Assembly: GCA_965261835.1 (NCBI GenBank)
Contig: OZ253478.1
Coordinates: 2,206,914-2,270,913 of the forward strand
DNA from: Dehalococcoidia bacterium
GTDB taxonomy: Bacteria > Chloroflexota > Dehalococcoidia > SHYD01
Reading direction: 5' to 3'
Length of the DNA: 64,000 nt
Shown here: in pieces, positions 16,548-30,904 of the stretch
Numbering within the stretch: the stretch's first letter is position 1
Layout: every line of letters starts with the position of its first letter
The notes under the pieces: model-generated
The model's database searches: none
Told to the model about the DNA's origin: nothing
Seen by the model: only the letters and a program-made list of their open reading frames with translations
Position numbers and translations under genes: made by a program

Positions 16548-17657
16548 CTACCTTTCCGGCTGCGGCATACGGACATATCCGGTCACCAATAGGTCATCAC
16601 CAAGCCGCCGCACCTGAGTCCGCTCCAGGGGCGGACAGTCCGTCAGCAGCGCAGCGCCTGTGCCGCCAATGGCAAGCAGTGCATCCCGCCCGCCGATAAT
16701 GCGGGGCGAAAGATACGCCTGCACTTTGTCCACCACACCGGCGTCAAACGCAGACCCCAAGAGCGTGCTTCCGCCCTCAAACAGCACGTCGATCCGTCCT
16801 TCTTCCGCTAACCGCTTGAGCAACGCTCCAATATCAACCATGCCGCCGGGCCCAGTGGGGAATACCCGCACCTGTGCCCCGCGCTGCTGCAGCAGTCGCA
16901 CCCGTTCGGGGCAGGCTCGCTCGGTAACCGCCACAAGACAACAGCCATCGCCCCCAATCACCCGCGCGGTGGCAGGGGTCCGAGCCAGGGAATCCACCAC
17001 CACCCGCCGAGGTTGGCGGCGCTGGACGCGTCCCCTCGGGCGCGCCGTCAATGCGGGGTCGTCGGCCAGCACCGTGTTCACCCCCACCACAATGGCATCT
17101 ACCGTCGCCCGCATCCGATGAGCGTGAGCCCGGGCCGCCACGCCGGTGATCCACTGGGAATCACCCATTCGGGTTGCGACGCGGCCATCTAGGCTGGCGG
17201 CAAACTTTGCGGTTACTAAGGGAGATCCCGTGCGCATGAACTTTACATGAGCTTCCACTAGGGCTTCCGCCGCAGCACGATAGCGGGCCAGCTGCTCAAC
17301 CCGCAGTCCTGCTGCGCTCAAGGAGGCCAGCCCTGCGCCATTAACTGCGGGATTGCTATCTATCGCAGCCACGTAGACCGCAGCTATCCCTGCCTCAATG
17401 ATGGCTTGGGTGCAGGGCGGCGTACGCCCGTAGTGTGCGCAGGGCTCCAGGGTGACGTAGAGGTGCGCGCCGTTGGCTGCGGCTTGAGCCTGCTGTATCG
17501 CCTCTATTTCAGCGTGATTGCCCCCGGGCGGTTGCGTGTACCCTTGCCCAACAATCCACCCATCCTTGACCAAGACGGCGCCCACGGGGGGGTTAGGGCT
17601 AGTGGACCCTTGGGCCCGCCTTGCAAGGCGAAGGGCTTGTGCCATGAAGCTGGTCAT
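16548..17657 (-). CDS. ribD: Bifunctional diaminohydroxyphosphoribosylaminopyrimidine deaminase / 5-amino-6-(5-phosphoribosylamino)uracil reductase
   Basis: FMAQALRLA..G.TSPNPPVGAVLV, HAEIEAI and TLEPCAHYGRTPPC (CDA zinc motif). The C-terminal reductase domain contains SLDGRVA. Start chosen at ATG 17657 (MTSFMAQAL); the ORF-track start 17705 is possible. Confidence 0.9.
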   Translation of the reverse strand: MTSFMAQALRLARRAQGSTSPNPPVGAVLVKDGWIVGQGYTQPPGGNHAEIEAIQQAQAAANGAHLYVTLEPCAHYGRTPPCTQAIIEAGIAAVYVAAIDSNPAVNGAGLASLSAAGLRVEQLARYRAAAEALVEAHVKFMRTGSPLVTAKFAASLDGRVATRMGDSQWITGVAARAHAHRMRATVDAIVVGVNTVLADDPALTARPRGRVQRRQPRRVVVDSLARTPATARVIGGDGCCLVAVTERACPERVRLLQQRGAQVRVFPTGPGGMVDIGALLKRLAEEGRIDVLFEGGSTLLGSAFDAGVVDKVQAYLSPRIIGGRDALLAIGGTGAALLTDCPPLERTQVRRLGDDLLVTGYVRMPQPER

Positions 17658-17739
17658 TAACCACTGAGGGAGAGGCGGTGATTGCCCAAAACGGGCCCAG
17701 TGCATACGAGTAATAGCGGGCTTGCGCTGCCTGGCCTAG

Positions 17740-17767
17740 ATTGTAACATGGCGCCTGCGAGCCACAA
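17740..17767 (-). promoter_or_regulatory. Candidate rib operon promoter
   Basis: Minus strand reads TTGTGG (plus 17762..17767), 16-nt spacer, TACAAT (plus 17740..17745). Confidence 0.35.
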
Positions 17768-17797
17768 TTGAGCACCCCAGTAATTCCGGAGAATTGC

Positions 17798-17826
17798 TTG
17801 ACATAGTACGCGCGTACGTATAAACT
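17798..17826 (+). promoter_or_regulatory. Candidate rpoBC promoter
   Basis: Consensus TTGACA (17798..17803), 17-nt spacer, TAAACT (17821..17826). It is about 135 nt upstream of the rpoB ATG and divergent from the rib promoter. Confidence 0.55.
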
Positions 17827-17962
17827 AGCAAGTCACCGTATGTACCTCTACCAGGCGCAGTGGTTTTTCTCCCCTCGGACCGGAATCCGTGTGTTCGCGC
17901 GCTTAGCAAAGTGTTCAGTAATATCGCCTATTCCGCGGGAAAGCGGATAAGGAGGGCACTCT

Positions 17963-20900
17963 ATGGCTTTAACGACTCTGCCGTCCCTGCAACGCAGCGT
18001 CGTTCCTCATGTTCGGAAGTCTTATGCCAAGATCCCGGACGTGCTGGAAGTTCCCAACCTCATTCAAGTCCAGATCGATTCTTTTGAGTGGTTTAAGCGA
18101 GAGGGTCTCCGCGAACTATTTAACGAAATAAATCCTATCACGGACTTCAGCGGCAACCGCATGGAGCTCCGTTTCTTGGATTACGAATTCAAGGAGCCAA
18201 AGTACCCCGAGGCTGAATACCGCACTCGAGACTTGACCTATGCCGCGCCGCTCTTCGTTAACGTCCGGCTAAGCATCAAAGAGACCGGTGAGCACGTGGA
18301 ACAGCCCATCTTTATGGGCGACTTCCCCCTCATGACCAGCAATGGCACCTTTGTCATCAACGGCGCCGAGCGCGTGGTGGTCAGCCAGCTGGTGCGCTCG
18401 CCCGGCGTGTACTTCACCTTGGAGAACGACCTCACCAGCGGCCGGCGGTTCTCCTTCGTCAAGCTTATCCCCAATCGGGGCGCGTGGCTTGAGTTCGAGA
18501 CCAGCAACCGCGATGTTCTGTCGGTCAAGGTGGACCGGCGCCGCAAGATCCCGGTGACCATGCTGCTGCGGGCCGTGGGCATTGGTTCCGATGAGGCGCT
18601 CTTGGACATCTTTTCCGACGTAGACAACAATCCCGATCACACCTTCATCCGCTCCACAATTGAGCGTGAGCCCACTAAAACCACCGATGAGGCGTTGGTC
18701 GAACTGTACCGGCGGCTACGCCCGGGCGACCCTCCCAACCTGGACAACGCCCAAGCATTGATCACCTCGCTGTTCTTCAACCCGCGCCGGTATGACCTGG
18801 GGCGAGTGGGCCGGTATAAACTCAACAAGCGCTTGGGGCTGGACCCCACCAACACCGGCCGCATCCTCACCAATGAAGACCTGAGCCAGATCGTCAAGCA
18901 TCAGATCGGCCTCAATAATGGCGTAGGCGATCCGGATGACATCGATCACCTCGGCAACCGCCGGATTCGCGCAGTGGGTGAGCTAATTCAAAACCAATTT
19001 CGCATTGGCCTGCTGCGTATGGAGCGGGTGATTCGCGAGCGTATGACCATCACCGATCCGGAGCAGGCCACCCCCAGCGCGTTGATCAACATCCGCCCGG
19101 TGGTGGCCTCCATAAAGGAGTTTTACGGCGGGTCCCAGCTCTCCCAGTTTATGGACCAGACCAACCCACTGGCAGAGCTCACCCACAAGCGCAGGCTGTC
19201 TGCCCTTGGCCCCGGCGGGCTTTCACGGGACCGCGCGGGATTTGAAGTGCGGGATGTCCACCATTCCCACTATGGCCGCATCTGTCCTATCGAGACGCCT
19301 GAAGGCCCCAACATTGGGCTGATTGGCTCCCTCGCCACCTATGGGCGCGTGAATGAATACGGGTTCATCGAAACCCCCTACCGGCGGATCATCAAAGAGT
19401 TGGCAAATGACGCCGATGACCTGGCCGGGCGCATGGTACGTGAGGACACAAAGGACGACGCCGGCAAGGTGGTGCTTGCACGCGGTGAGGTGATTGGCAA
19501 AACGGCCCTCACAAAGCTCAAAGCGCTCCCCGCACAGCCTATCAAGGTCACGCCTTTCGCCTCCGCAGATATTGAATACCTCTCCGCGGACGTAGAGGAC
19601 AAGTTCACCGTGGCGCAGGCCAATGCCAGCTTGGATGAGCGGAACCAATTCGTAGAAAGCCGGGTCGAGGGCCGGCACGGGCACAACTTCGTCATCGAGC
19701 CGGTGGAGCGCATCGACTATATGGATGTATCTCCCAAACAGATTGTGAGCGTGGCTACCTCCCTCATCCCCTTCCTTGAGCATGACGACGCCAACCGCGC
19801 CCTTATGGGATCCAACATGCAGCGGCAGGCCGTGCCTCTCATTCGCCCTGAGGTGCCGCTGGTCGGTACCGGCATCGAACAACGTGCCGCGTGGGACTCC
19901 GGACACGTCGTCCTGGCTAGGGCTGACGGTGTGGTGACCAACGTTACCGGCAACCAAATCGTGGTGGAAAACGCCGACGGTGGCGAGGACCTGTACCCGC
20001 TGGTCAAGTTCCGGCGGAGTAACCAGGGCACCTGCATGACCCAGCGGCCCATTGTGAACAAGGGTGAGGTGATCGCGAAAGGCCGGCCTCTGGCCGACAG
20101 CTCCTGCACTGACCAGGGCGAGCTAGCCCTGGGCCAGAGCCTGCTGTGCGCCTTCATGAGCTTCGAAGGCTATAACTTCGAGGACGCCATCATCATCAGC
20201 GAACGGGTGGCCCAGGAGGACAAGTTCAGTTCGATCCACATCGAGAAGCACGAAATCGAGGCCCGTGAGACAAAGCTAGGGCCGGAGGAAATCACCCGTG
20301 ACATTCCCAACGTGGGCGAGGAAAGCCTGCGGGACCTGGATGAAGAGGGCATCATCCGCATCGGTGCGGAAGTGGAGCCCGGCGACATCCTGGTCGGCAA
20401 AATCACGCCAAAAGGCGAGACTGAGCTGACCCCTGAAGAAAAGCTCTTGCAGGCCATCTTCGGCGAAAAAGCGCGCGAGGTAAAGGACACGTCGCTGCGC
20501 GTCCGCCACGGCGAGCACGGCAAAATCATCGATGTGCGTGTGTTCTCCCGTGCGGATCACTCCGAGCTGCCGCCGGGGGTGCTAAAGCTGGTACAGGTAA
20601 GCATTGCCCAACGCCGCAAGATCTCCGAGGGTGACAAGATGGCGGGACGCCATGGCAACAAGGGCGTCATCGCCCGCATCATGCCCGTGGAGGACATGCC
20701 GTACCTGGAAGATGGCACCCCAGTCGAGATAATCCTCAACCCCTTGGGCGTGCCTTCCCGTATGAACCTCGGCCAAGTATTCGAAACCCATTTGGGCTCG
20801 GCGGTTAAGAACCTGGGATTCCGGGTGATCTCCCCTGTCTTCGACGGTGCCGACAGTGTACTGATTGAAGACGCGATGGCCCGTTCATGGATCCTGGACC

Positions 20901-21661
20901 AAGGCAGCATCACGCCCGACGTCTCACTGGCAGTTGAGCTGCCACTTGAAGAGCGGTTGCAGAGGGCCCACGCCTGGGTAGCAGCGCAGGGCTTCGACTC
21001 CGCTAAAGTCTTCGATGAAGAATCACGCGGCTACGCCAGGGACACCTGCAAGCGCATCTGGGTAAACCAGTACGGGCACAACGGGGCAACGCTGACCGAT
21101 GAGGAGCTGGATACAACCCTGAAAGCGTTGTACGACAATCAACAACTTTCGCCGCCCACTTCCGGCAAGGTCACGCTCTTCGACGGACGCACCGGTGAGC
21201 CTTTTGACCATCCGGTCACCGTGGGGCAGATCTACATGATGAAGCTAGTCCACTTGGTGGAAGATAAGATTCACGCCCGCTCCACCGGCCCGTACTCGCT
21301 GATCACCCAGCAGCCGTTGGGCGGCAAGGCGCAGTTCGGTGGTCAGCGTTTCGGTGAGATGGAGGTATGGGCGCTGGAAGCCTACGGCGCAGCGCACATC
21401 CTACAAGAGCTGCTCACCGTGAAGTCCGACGACGTGGTGGGCCGTGTCAAGACCTACGAAGCCATTGTAAAAGGCGAAAACATCACGGAGGCCGGCGTGC
21501 CCGAATCCTTCAAGGTGCTGGTCAAAGAGCTGCAAAGCCTTGGCCTATCAGTGGAAGTGTTGAACGACGAAGAAGAGTCTGTCCCCTTTAGTGAAGATAT
21601 AGGCCTGGATGTGCCGGACCTTGGCATTGACCTTACTGGACTTGAGAAGGGAGAGTTTTAA
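17963..21661 (+). CDS. rpoB: DNA-directed RNA polymerase subunit beta
   Basis: 1232 aa. The sequence is typical beta throughout: [42 protein letters not shown], and the [16 protein letters not shown]-terminal region. Confidence 0.97.
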   Translation: MALTTLPSLQRSVVPHVRKSYAKIPDVLEVPNLIQVQIDSFEWFKREGLRELFNEINPITDFSGNRMELRFLDYEFKEPKYPEAEYRTRDLTYAAPLFVNVRLSIKETGEHVEQPIFMGDFPLMTSNGTFVINGAERVVVSQLVRSPGVYFTLENDLTSGRRFSFVKLIPNRGAWLEFETSNRDVLSVKVDRRRKIPVTMLLRAVGIGSDEALLDIFSDVDNNPDHTFIRSTIEREPTKTTDEALVELYRRLRPGDPPNLDNAQALITSLFFNPRRYDLGRVGRYKLNKRLGLDPTNTGRILTNEDLSQIVKHQIGLNNGVGDPDDIDHLGNRRIRAVGELIQNQFRIGLLRMERVIRERMTITDPEQATPSALINIRPVVASIKEFYGGSQLSQFMDQTNPLAELTHKRRLSALGPGGLSRDRAGFEVRDVHHSHYGRICPIETPEGPNIGLIGSLATYGRVNEYGFIETPYRRIIKELANDADDLAGRMVREDTKDDAGKVVLARGEVIGKTALTKLKALPAQPIKVTPFASADIEYLSADVEDKFTVAQANASLDERNQFVESRVEGRHGHNFVIEPVERIDYMDVSPKQIVSVATSLIPFLEHDDANRALMGSNMQRQAVPLIRPEVPLVGTGIEQRAAWDSGHVVLARADGVVTNVTGNQIVVENADGGEDLYPLVKFRRSNQGTCMTQRPIVNKGEVIAKGRPLADSSCTDQGELALGQSLLCAFMSFEGYNFEDAIIISERVAQEDKFSSIHIEKHEIEARETKLGPEEITRDIPNVGEESLRDLDEEGIIRIGAEVEPGDILVGKITPKGETELTPEEKLLQAIFGEKAREVKDTSLRVRHGEHGKIIDVRVFSRADHSELPPGVLKLVQVSIAQRRKISEGDKMAGRHGNKGVIARIMPVEDMPYLEDGTPVEIILNPLGVPSRMNLGQVFETHLGSAVKNLGFRVISPVFDGADSVLIEDAMARSWILDQGSITPDVSLAVELPLEERLQRAHAWVAAQGFDSAKVFDEESRGYARDTCKRIWVNQYGHNGATLTDEELDTTLKALYDNQQLSPPTSGKVTLFDGRTGEPFDHPVTVGQIYMMKLVHLVEDKIHARSTGPYSLITQQPLGGKAQFGGQRFGEMEVWALEAYGAAHILQELLTVKSDDVVGRVKTYEAIVKGENITEAGVPESFKVLVKELQSLGLSVEVLNDEEESVPFSEDIGLDVPDLGIDLTGLEKGEF

Positions 21662-21663
21662 CC

Positions 21664-26016
<4,353 letters not shown>

Positions 26017-26052
26017 CAGCATTAGAGAACGAAGAGAACGAGCTCAAGCTAA

Positions 26053-26083
26053 GGGCGGAGAACGCGGCGTTCCCCGCCCTTTT
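26053..26083 (+). terminator. Intrinsic terminator after rpoC
   Basis: GGGCGGAG...CCCCGCCC hairpin (26053..26079) followed by TTTT (26080..26083), about 40 nt after the rpoC stop. Confidence 0.6.
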
Positions 26084-26147
26084 GCCGTCTCCAACAAACC
26101 GCTGGTATAATTCGCCCGGCGTGCCCAGGCGTAGGAGGAAACAGCAT

Positions 26148-26933
26148 ATGGCAGACCGTCTAGCAGGAAGAGTAGCAATTGTCACCGGAGCGGGCTCCAG
26201 GAGTGAGGGCATCGGTAATGGTAAAGCCACGGCCATCCTGTTTGCCCGGGAGGGGGCACGTGTGCTCTGCGTTGATCAGGTGATAGCGCGGGCGCAGGAA
26301 ACCGTGGACGCTATCAGCAGCGAAGGCGGCGAGGCCACCGCGTTCGCCGCCGACGTTACCAAGGTGGCGGACTGCGAGGCGATGGTGGCGGCAGCCCTCA
26401 ATGCCTATGGGGACGTGGACATCCTCCACAACAATGTGGGCATTTCCAGCACCCAAGGTGTCGGTGAGATCACCGAGGACGAGTGGGACCAGGTGCTAGC
26501 GGTGAACCTGAAGAGCATGGTGCTCACCACACAGGCCGCCCTACCCGCGCTAGAGCGGAGCGGCCGCGGCGCCATCATCAACATCTCTTCCATTGCCGGG
26601 CTGCGTTATTCCTCCGGCATGGCGGTTAAGAACACCGCGTACGCCGCCAGTAAAGCGGCCATTGTGGGGCTTACCACAACCATGGCTGGACAGCTTGCTC
26701 CCAAGCACATCCGCGTGAACTGTATCGCCCCCGGCCAGGTGTACACCCCCATGGTGGCCGGACGCCTTGACCAGGAGACCCGGCAAAAGCGTAGGCTCGC
26801 GGGCCTGCTCCAAACGGAGGGCACCGGCTGGGATATCGGCTGGGCGGCCGTCTACCTTGCCAGCGAGGAAGCCCGCTGGGTAACCGGCCAGGTCATTGCT
26901 GTTGACGCGGGCGTCACTATCACCACCCGTTAA
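26148..26933 (+). CDS. Short-chain dehydrogenase/reductase (SDR) family oxidoreductase
   Basis: RBS AGGAGG then ATG 26148. Cofactor motif TGAGSRSEGIGNG, NNVG, and the catalytic S...YAASKAA pattern. Confidence 0.85.
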   Translation: MADRLAGRVAIVTGAGSRSEGIGNGKATAILFAREGARVLCVDQVIARAQETVDAISSEGGEATAFAADVTKVADCEAMVAAALNAYGDVDILHNNVGISSTQGVGEITEDEWDQVLAVNLKSMVLTTQAALPALERSGRGAIINISSIAGLRYSSGMAVKNTAYAASKAAIVGLTTTMAGQLAPKHIRVNCIAPGQVYTPMVAGRLDQETRQKRRLAGLLQTEGTGWDIGWAAVYLASEEARWVTGQVIAVDAGVTITTR

Positions 26934-26959
26934 CCGGGACGGCCTCCAGGCAAGTGCGG

Positions 26960-27949
26960 CTAGAGCGCAGCACGCACTGCCTCCGCTAACTCCTCAGCGC
27001 TCACCGTAGCGTTGCCCAGCTTGCGTACCACCAACCCTGCGGCAATATTCGCCAGGGCGGCCCCGTGAGCCAACGGCGCGCCAGCGCTCAACGCAAGCGT
27101 CAACAGCGCAATCACCGTATCTCCGGCGCCAGTCACGTCGTAGACCTCGCTGGGGTTGCTCACCGCAACATGCCCCGGGACGCCCTCGGCATCGACCATA
27201 CTCAACCCCTGGCTCCCCCGGGTAATGACCACCGCCCCGACACCCAACTGTTTCTTCAGAGCCAGCCCGGCCTGCTCCATCGCCCGCTCATCCTGCAGCG
27301 GGCGGCCCAAGAACCGCTCCGCTTCCTCTCGGTTACAGCGCAACAGGGAAACCCCCTTGAACTTGCCGAAGTCGCCCTGCGAGTCCACGCACAGCGGCGC
27401 GCCGGAGCTAGCGGCTAGCCCTCGTACGTAGCGCACCAGCCCGGCATCCACCACGCCACTCTGGTAATCCGAGATGAGGATCGCATCCATGTTCGGGACA
27501 GCCAGTCCCAGGAAGCTGCGCAACGCCCGCCGGCAGCGTGGATCCAGCGCCGTCCGATTCTGCCGGTCAATGCGCACTACCTGTTGCGGGAATAGGTGGC
27601 TTGCCAGCACTCTGGTCTTCACCGTCGTCTCTCGCAACGACGACGCAACGAGGCCGTCCGTTGGAATCCCGGCGGCCTCTACTGCCTGGCATAGCTGTCG
27701 TCCGGCCTCATCCTTCCCCACTACACCGGCAATGAGCGCCGTTCCGCCAACCGCCTGAATGTTCAACGCGGGGTTGCATGCCGCGCCGGGCACCACCAAT
27801 CGCTCCTGTAGCTCCAGCACCGGCACCGGCGCCTCCCTGCTGAGGCGTTGCGCCTTGCCGATAATGTACTCGTCCAGGCACACGTCTCCTACCACGAGGA
27901 CACGCTTGCCGGACAGGCGTGGAAGGAGCGCGAGCAGGTTGGGGGTCAC
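26960..27949 (-). CDS. PfkB-family sugar kinase resembling D-glycero-beta-D-manno-heptose-7-phosphate kinase (RfaE/HldE domain I)
   Basis: KRVLVVGDVCLDEYIIGKAQRLSREAPVPVL is typical of the HldE kinase domain. The C-terminus has DVTGAGDTV (PfkB signature). I propose a GTG start at 27949, just after the upstream stop, instead of the ORF-track start 28006. No adenylyltransferase domain is attached. Confidence 0.7.
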   Translation of the reverse strand: MTPNLLALLPRLSGKRVLVVGDVCLDEYIIGKAQRLSREAPVPVLELQERLVVPGAACNPALNIQAVGGTALIAGVVGKDEAGRQLCQAVEAAGIPTDGLVASSLRETTVKTRVLASHLFPQQVVRIDRQNRTALDPRCRRALRSFLGLAVPNMDAILISDYQSGVVDAGLVRYVRGLAASSGAPLCVDSQGDFGKFKGVSLLRCNREEAERFLGRPLQDERAMEQAGLALKKQLGVGAVVITRGSQGLSMVDAEGVPGHVAVSNPSEVYDVTGAGDTVIALLTLALSAGAPLAHGAALANIAAGLVVRKLGNATVSAEELAEAVRAAL

Positions 27950-27954
27950 GTGAC

Positions 27955-28539
27955 TCAACCGATGCGGTTGACGGCCATGAAGCCACCAGCGGCAATTGCA
28001 AGCCACGCAATGGGGCTTGCCAGAACGTTGGCCGCGGCAGCCAGCACTAGAGCGAAGAACGGCCCCGGCGTCCCGGTCAAAGCGGACGCAGCGAAGAGAA
28101 TAAAGCCCACCCCCATCAATCCCACTACGTACGCCACTACCACGCCAAACACCGCCACTGCCTTGAGGCCCAGGCTCCGGCGGCGGTTGGTGATGAGGCT
28201 CACCGCCTCACCAACCCCATAGCCAATCGCCCCGCTGATAATGATGACGAAGAAGCCCCGGAATGGCAGCACACCCCAGATCAAGCCGGCAAGTATGCCC
28301 ACACCCACCGCTACGGCTATGGCCTTGGCGTAATGCCGGGCGCCTACCTGGAAAATTGGCAGCTTCTTGAGCTGCGCACAGTCGGCACAACGTGCCCCCA
28401 CCGGTGTCTGCACCAGGCAGCGGGGGCAGATAGCCTTATCGCACTTGCTGCAACGGAGATTGCTTGGGGTGTCGGGATGTGCGGCGCAGGTGACTACCTG
28501 TTCCTGCACCTGCTCCTCCACCTGCTCAAATTGGGTCAT
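27955..28539 (-). CDS. Membrane protein with N-terminal B-box-like zinc ribbon
   Basis: The N-terminus CAAHPDTPSNLRCSKCDKAICPRCLVQTPVGARCADCA has 7 Cys plus 1 His in a B-box-like spacing. About 4 TM helices follow. Confidence 0.55.
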   Translation of the reverse strand: MTQFEQVEEQVQEQVVTCAAHPDTPSNLRCSKCDKAICPRCLVQTPVGARCADCAQLKKLPIFQVGARHYAKAIAVAVGVGILAGLIWGVLPFRGFFVIIISGAIGYGVGEAVSLITNRRRSLGLKAVAVFGVVVAYVVGLMGVGFILFAASALTGTPGPFFALVLAAAANVLASPIAWLAIAAGGFMAVNRIG

Positions 28540-28811
28540 AGCAGCTTCCGCATCCGTTTATGGTAGCTCCTCCTCATAGTAACCCAATAGTAACCCAGGG
28601 CGATGTCACGCTCAAACTCCCCGTGCGTCATGACGCTGAATCCGGCGCGCCTCAACTTCGCGCATGACAAACGCCACGCAGAGATCTCAGGGCCAGCGCA
28701 TTTTCCCCACCTTTGCGCTGAAGCTATTCCTGAATGCAATGGGAAATCGCTTGGCTTTTTGCTACACTAAACAAAACCATTGATATTCATTGTACGGAGA
28801 TTGCAGGCCCT

Positions 28812-30098
28812 ATGCTTTCCGTCAAAGACAACGAACTGCTCACACGCGTCGGCCCCGGCACGCCCATGGGCACGCTCATGCGCCACTACTGGCACCCCAT
28901 CGCGGGCGCCGCAGAGTTGGAGGCCAGCCCCTTCCGCACGAAAGAGGTGCGGCTGCTGGGTGAAGACCTGGTGCTCTACCGCGACCGCTCCGGCCGGCTT
29001 GGCCTCATCGACCGCTGGTGCTCCCACCGGCGGGTCAACTTGGCCTACGGCGTAGTGGAAGAGGACGGCCTCCGCTGCCAGTACCACGGCTGGAAGTTCG
29101 ACCACACCGGTACCTGCACTGAGCAGCCTTTTGAAGAAACCGTCCATCCCGACGGTCGATTCAAAGAAAAGTGCGGTATTGTGGGCTACCTTGTGGATGA
29201 GCGCGCAGGACTGCTTTGGGGATACCTCGGCCCGCAACCTGCCCCGGTCCTGCCGGAGTGGGAGCCGCTGCTGTGGGACAACGTCGTGCGGGACATCGCC
29301 ATCAGTGAGCTGCCATGCAACTGGCTCCAGTGCCAGGAAAACTCCGTCGATCCCACTCACTCGGAGTGGCTGCACGGCTACTTCGGGCGCTACGTCCGGG
29401 AATACCTCGGCAGCCGGGACGCCATCGTGCAGCAGCAGACGCCACGCGTCGGACGCCGCCACAAGAAGATCGGCTTCGATGTCTTCGAGCACGGGATCAT
29501 CAAACGGCGCGTGCAAGAGGGCGGCAGTGAGGAGGACGAGGACTGGCGGCACGGCCATCCCATCCTCTTTCCCAATATCCTCTTGGTGGGCGACCAGTTC
29601 TCCTGCACCATGCAATTCCGCACCCCCATTGACGACACCCAAACCCTCCACGTTTCGCTCTACACCTTCTGCCCGGCCCCAGGCACCGAGGCGCCGCGGC
29701 AGGAGAGCATCCCCGTCCGGCACGTACCTCTGTTTGATGAAGAGGGCCGCTGGGTGGTTGACTACACCTTCAACCAGGACTACATGGTGTGGTCGCAGCA
29801 AGGCCCCATCGCCGGCCGCAACAAGGAGAAGCTGGGCGAGAGTGACAAGGGGGTCATTCTATTCCGACGGCTGCTGCGAGAGCAGGTAAACGCTCTCCAA
29901 GAAGGCCGTGACCCCATGAACGTCTTCCGCACCCACGCGCAGGGTGGCTCCATCCCGCTGCCCCTGGAGAAGGTGAAGCGCGGCGTCAACACTCGTCCAC
30001 AGCTCTACGTGCCGGGCGAGGCCGGTTACAGTACCGACGCCGCCAAGATCGAGGCTACCCAGGCCACCTGGGATACCGTGGCCCCCACTCCCGCCTAA
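28812..30098 (+). CDS. Rieske [2Fe-2S] non-heme-iron oxygenase, alpha-subunit-like (PAO/KshA-type)
   Basis: Rieske motif CSHRRVNLAYG...CQYHGWKF. Mononuclear iron region NSVDPTHSEWLH. Start chosen at ATG 28812 (MLSVKDNELL) after GGAG. Confidence 0.8.
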   Translation: MLSVKDNELLTRVGPGTPMGTLMRHYWHPIAGAAELEASPFRTKEVRLLGEDLVLYRDRSGRLGLIDRWCSHRRVNLAYGVVEEDGLRCQYHGWKFDHTGTCTEQPFEETVHPDGRFKEKCGIVGYLVDERAGLLWGYLGPQPAPVLPEWEPLLWDNVVRDIAISELPCNWLQCQENSVDPTHSEWLHGYFGRYVREYLGSRDAIVQQQTPRVGRRHKKIGFDVFEHGIIKRRVQEGGSEEDEDWRHGHPILFPNILLVGDQFSCTMQFRTPIDDTQTLHVSLYTFCPAPGTEAPRQESIPVRHVPLFDEEGRWVVDYTFNQDYMVWSQQGPIAGRNKEKLGESDKGVILFRRLLREQVNALQEGRDPMNVFRTHAQGGSIPLPLEKVKRGVNTRPQLYVPGEAGYSTDAAKIEATQATWDTVAPTPA

Positions 30099-30118
30099 AC
30101 GTTCCTTCGCGGTTGCCT

Positions 30119-30149
30119 ACGCCGTCCAGCACTTGAGGCTGGGCGGCGT
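30119..30149. terminator. Hairpin between convergent Rieske and TagA-like genes (no U-tract)
   Basis: 12-bp stem ACGCCGTCCAGC / GCTGGGCGGCGT with one G-U pair and a 7-nt loop. There is no T-run on either strand, so terminator function is uncertain. Confidence 0.3.
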
Positions 30150-30904
30150 CAATATGTCCGGCCCAGGCGCTGCAGCAACACCAGCCACACGAACTGCGGA
30201 AGCCGTAACATGCGTCGCCAACGCCACGGCTCCCGCCATAAGCGATACAGCCACTCCAGTCCCAGGCGCCGCATCCAGCGCGGCGCCCGCGGCACCCGCC
30301 CGCTCACGTAGTCGAACGCACCGCCAACGCCGATAGCCAGCGGCACCCCCAAGCGCTCCAGGTTGCGTCGGATCCAGAGATCCTGGGCCGGCGCACCGTA
30401 AGCCACAAACAGGATGTCCGGCGCGGCAGCCCGCACTTTGCGGATGACCTCAAGCTCGTCCTCCGGACGAGGAGAACCCGCGTAGGTGTCGGCCACTACC
30501 AGCCCCTGGAAGCGCGCTTCCAGCCGCCGGGCGGCCGCCTCCGCCACGCCTTCGCCGGCACCCAGCAAGAACAGACGATAGCCTCGCAGGGCCGCCAGCG
30601 CGGCTAGGTCCTCCAGCAGGTCTACGCCGGTGATACGGGCCACCAGCGGCGCGCCCAATAACCGGGCCGCCAGCGCCAGCCCCACACCGTCCGGCAGCGC
30701 GAGGTCGGCCTGCCGCAGCACCAGCTGGAAGTCCGGATGGGCGCGCGCCTGCACGAGGTATTCCGGGTTCACCGTCACCGCATGGCGCCGCCCTCCCTCG
30801 GCCACAAAATCACCAAGGAGGGTCAGTGCCTGCGCCCGGCTGAGGCTATGGACTGGGATGCCCAGGATGCGCAGAAAGGACGGTGTCTGCAAGTATGTGC
30901 TCAA
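30149..30904 (-). CDS. WecB/TagA/CpsF-family glycosyltransferase
   Basis: ILGIPVHSLSRAQALTLL...VTVNPEYLVQA...ADLALPDGVGL...LFLLGAG...GAPAQDLWI...GVGGAFDYVSG. The start is uncertain. The ORF-track start 31084 would overlap the upstream GT9 gene by about 240 nt, so I propose TTG at 30904. Confidence 0.75.
   Translation of the reverse strand: MSTYLQTPSFLRILGIPVHSLSRAQALTLLGDFVAEGGRRHAVTVNPEYLVQARAHPDFQLVLRQADLALPDGVGLALAARLLGAPLVARITGVDLLEDLAALAALRGYRLFLLGAGEGVAEAAARRLEARFQGLVVADTYAGSPRPEDELEVIRKVRAAAPDILFVAYGAPAQDLWIRRNLERLGVPLAIGVGGAFDYVSGRVPRAPRWMRRLGLEWLYRLWREPWRWRRMLRLPQFVWLVLLQRLGRTY

Noticed and set aside
17658-17797. Expected FMN (RFN) riboswitch upstream of ribD.
   Set aside because: I read both strands. 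No GGATTC/GGTGAAA.TCC...CCGACAGT...GATGGGAGA-type conserved cores are present, and the leader is under 80 nt after the candidate promoter. The operon appears to lack an RFN element. A cmsearch with RF00050 would settle it.
28767-29801. 344-aa minus-strand ORF opposite the Rieske oxygenase gene.
   Set aside because: The sense strand has Rieske CxH...CxxH and iron-binding motifs. The antisense product is low-complexity and Arg/Ala/Gly-rich.
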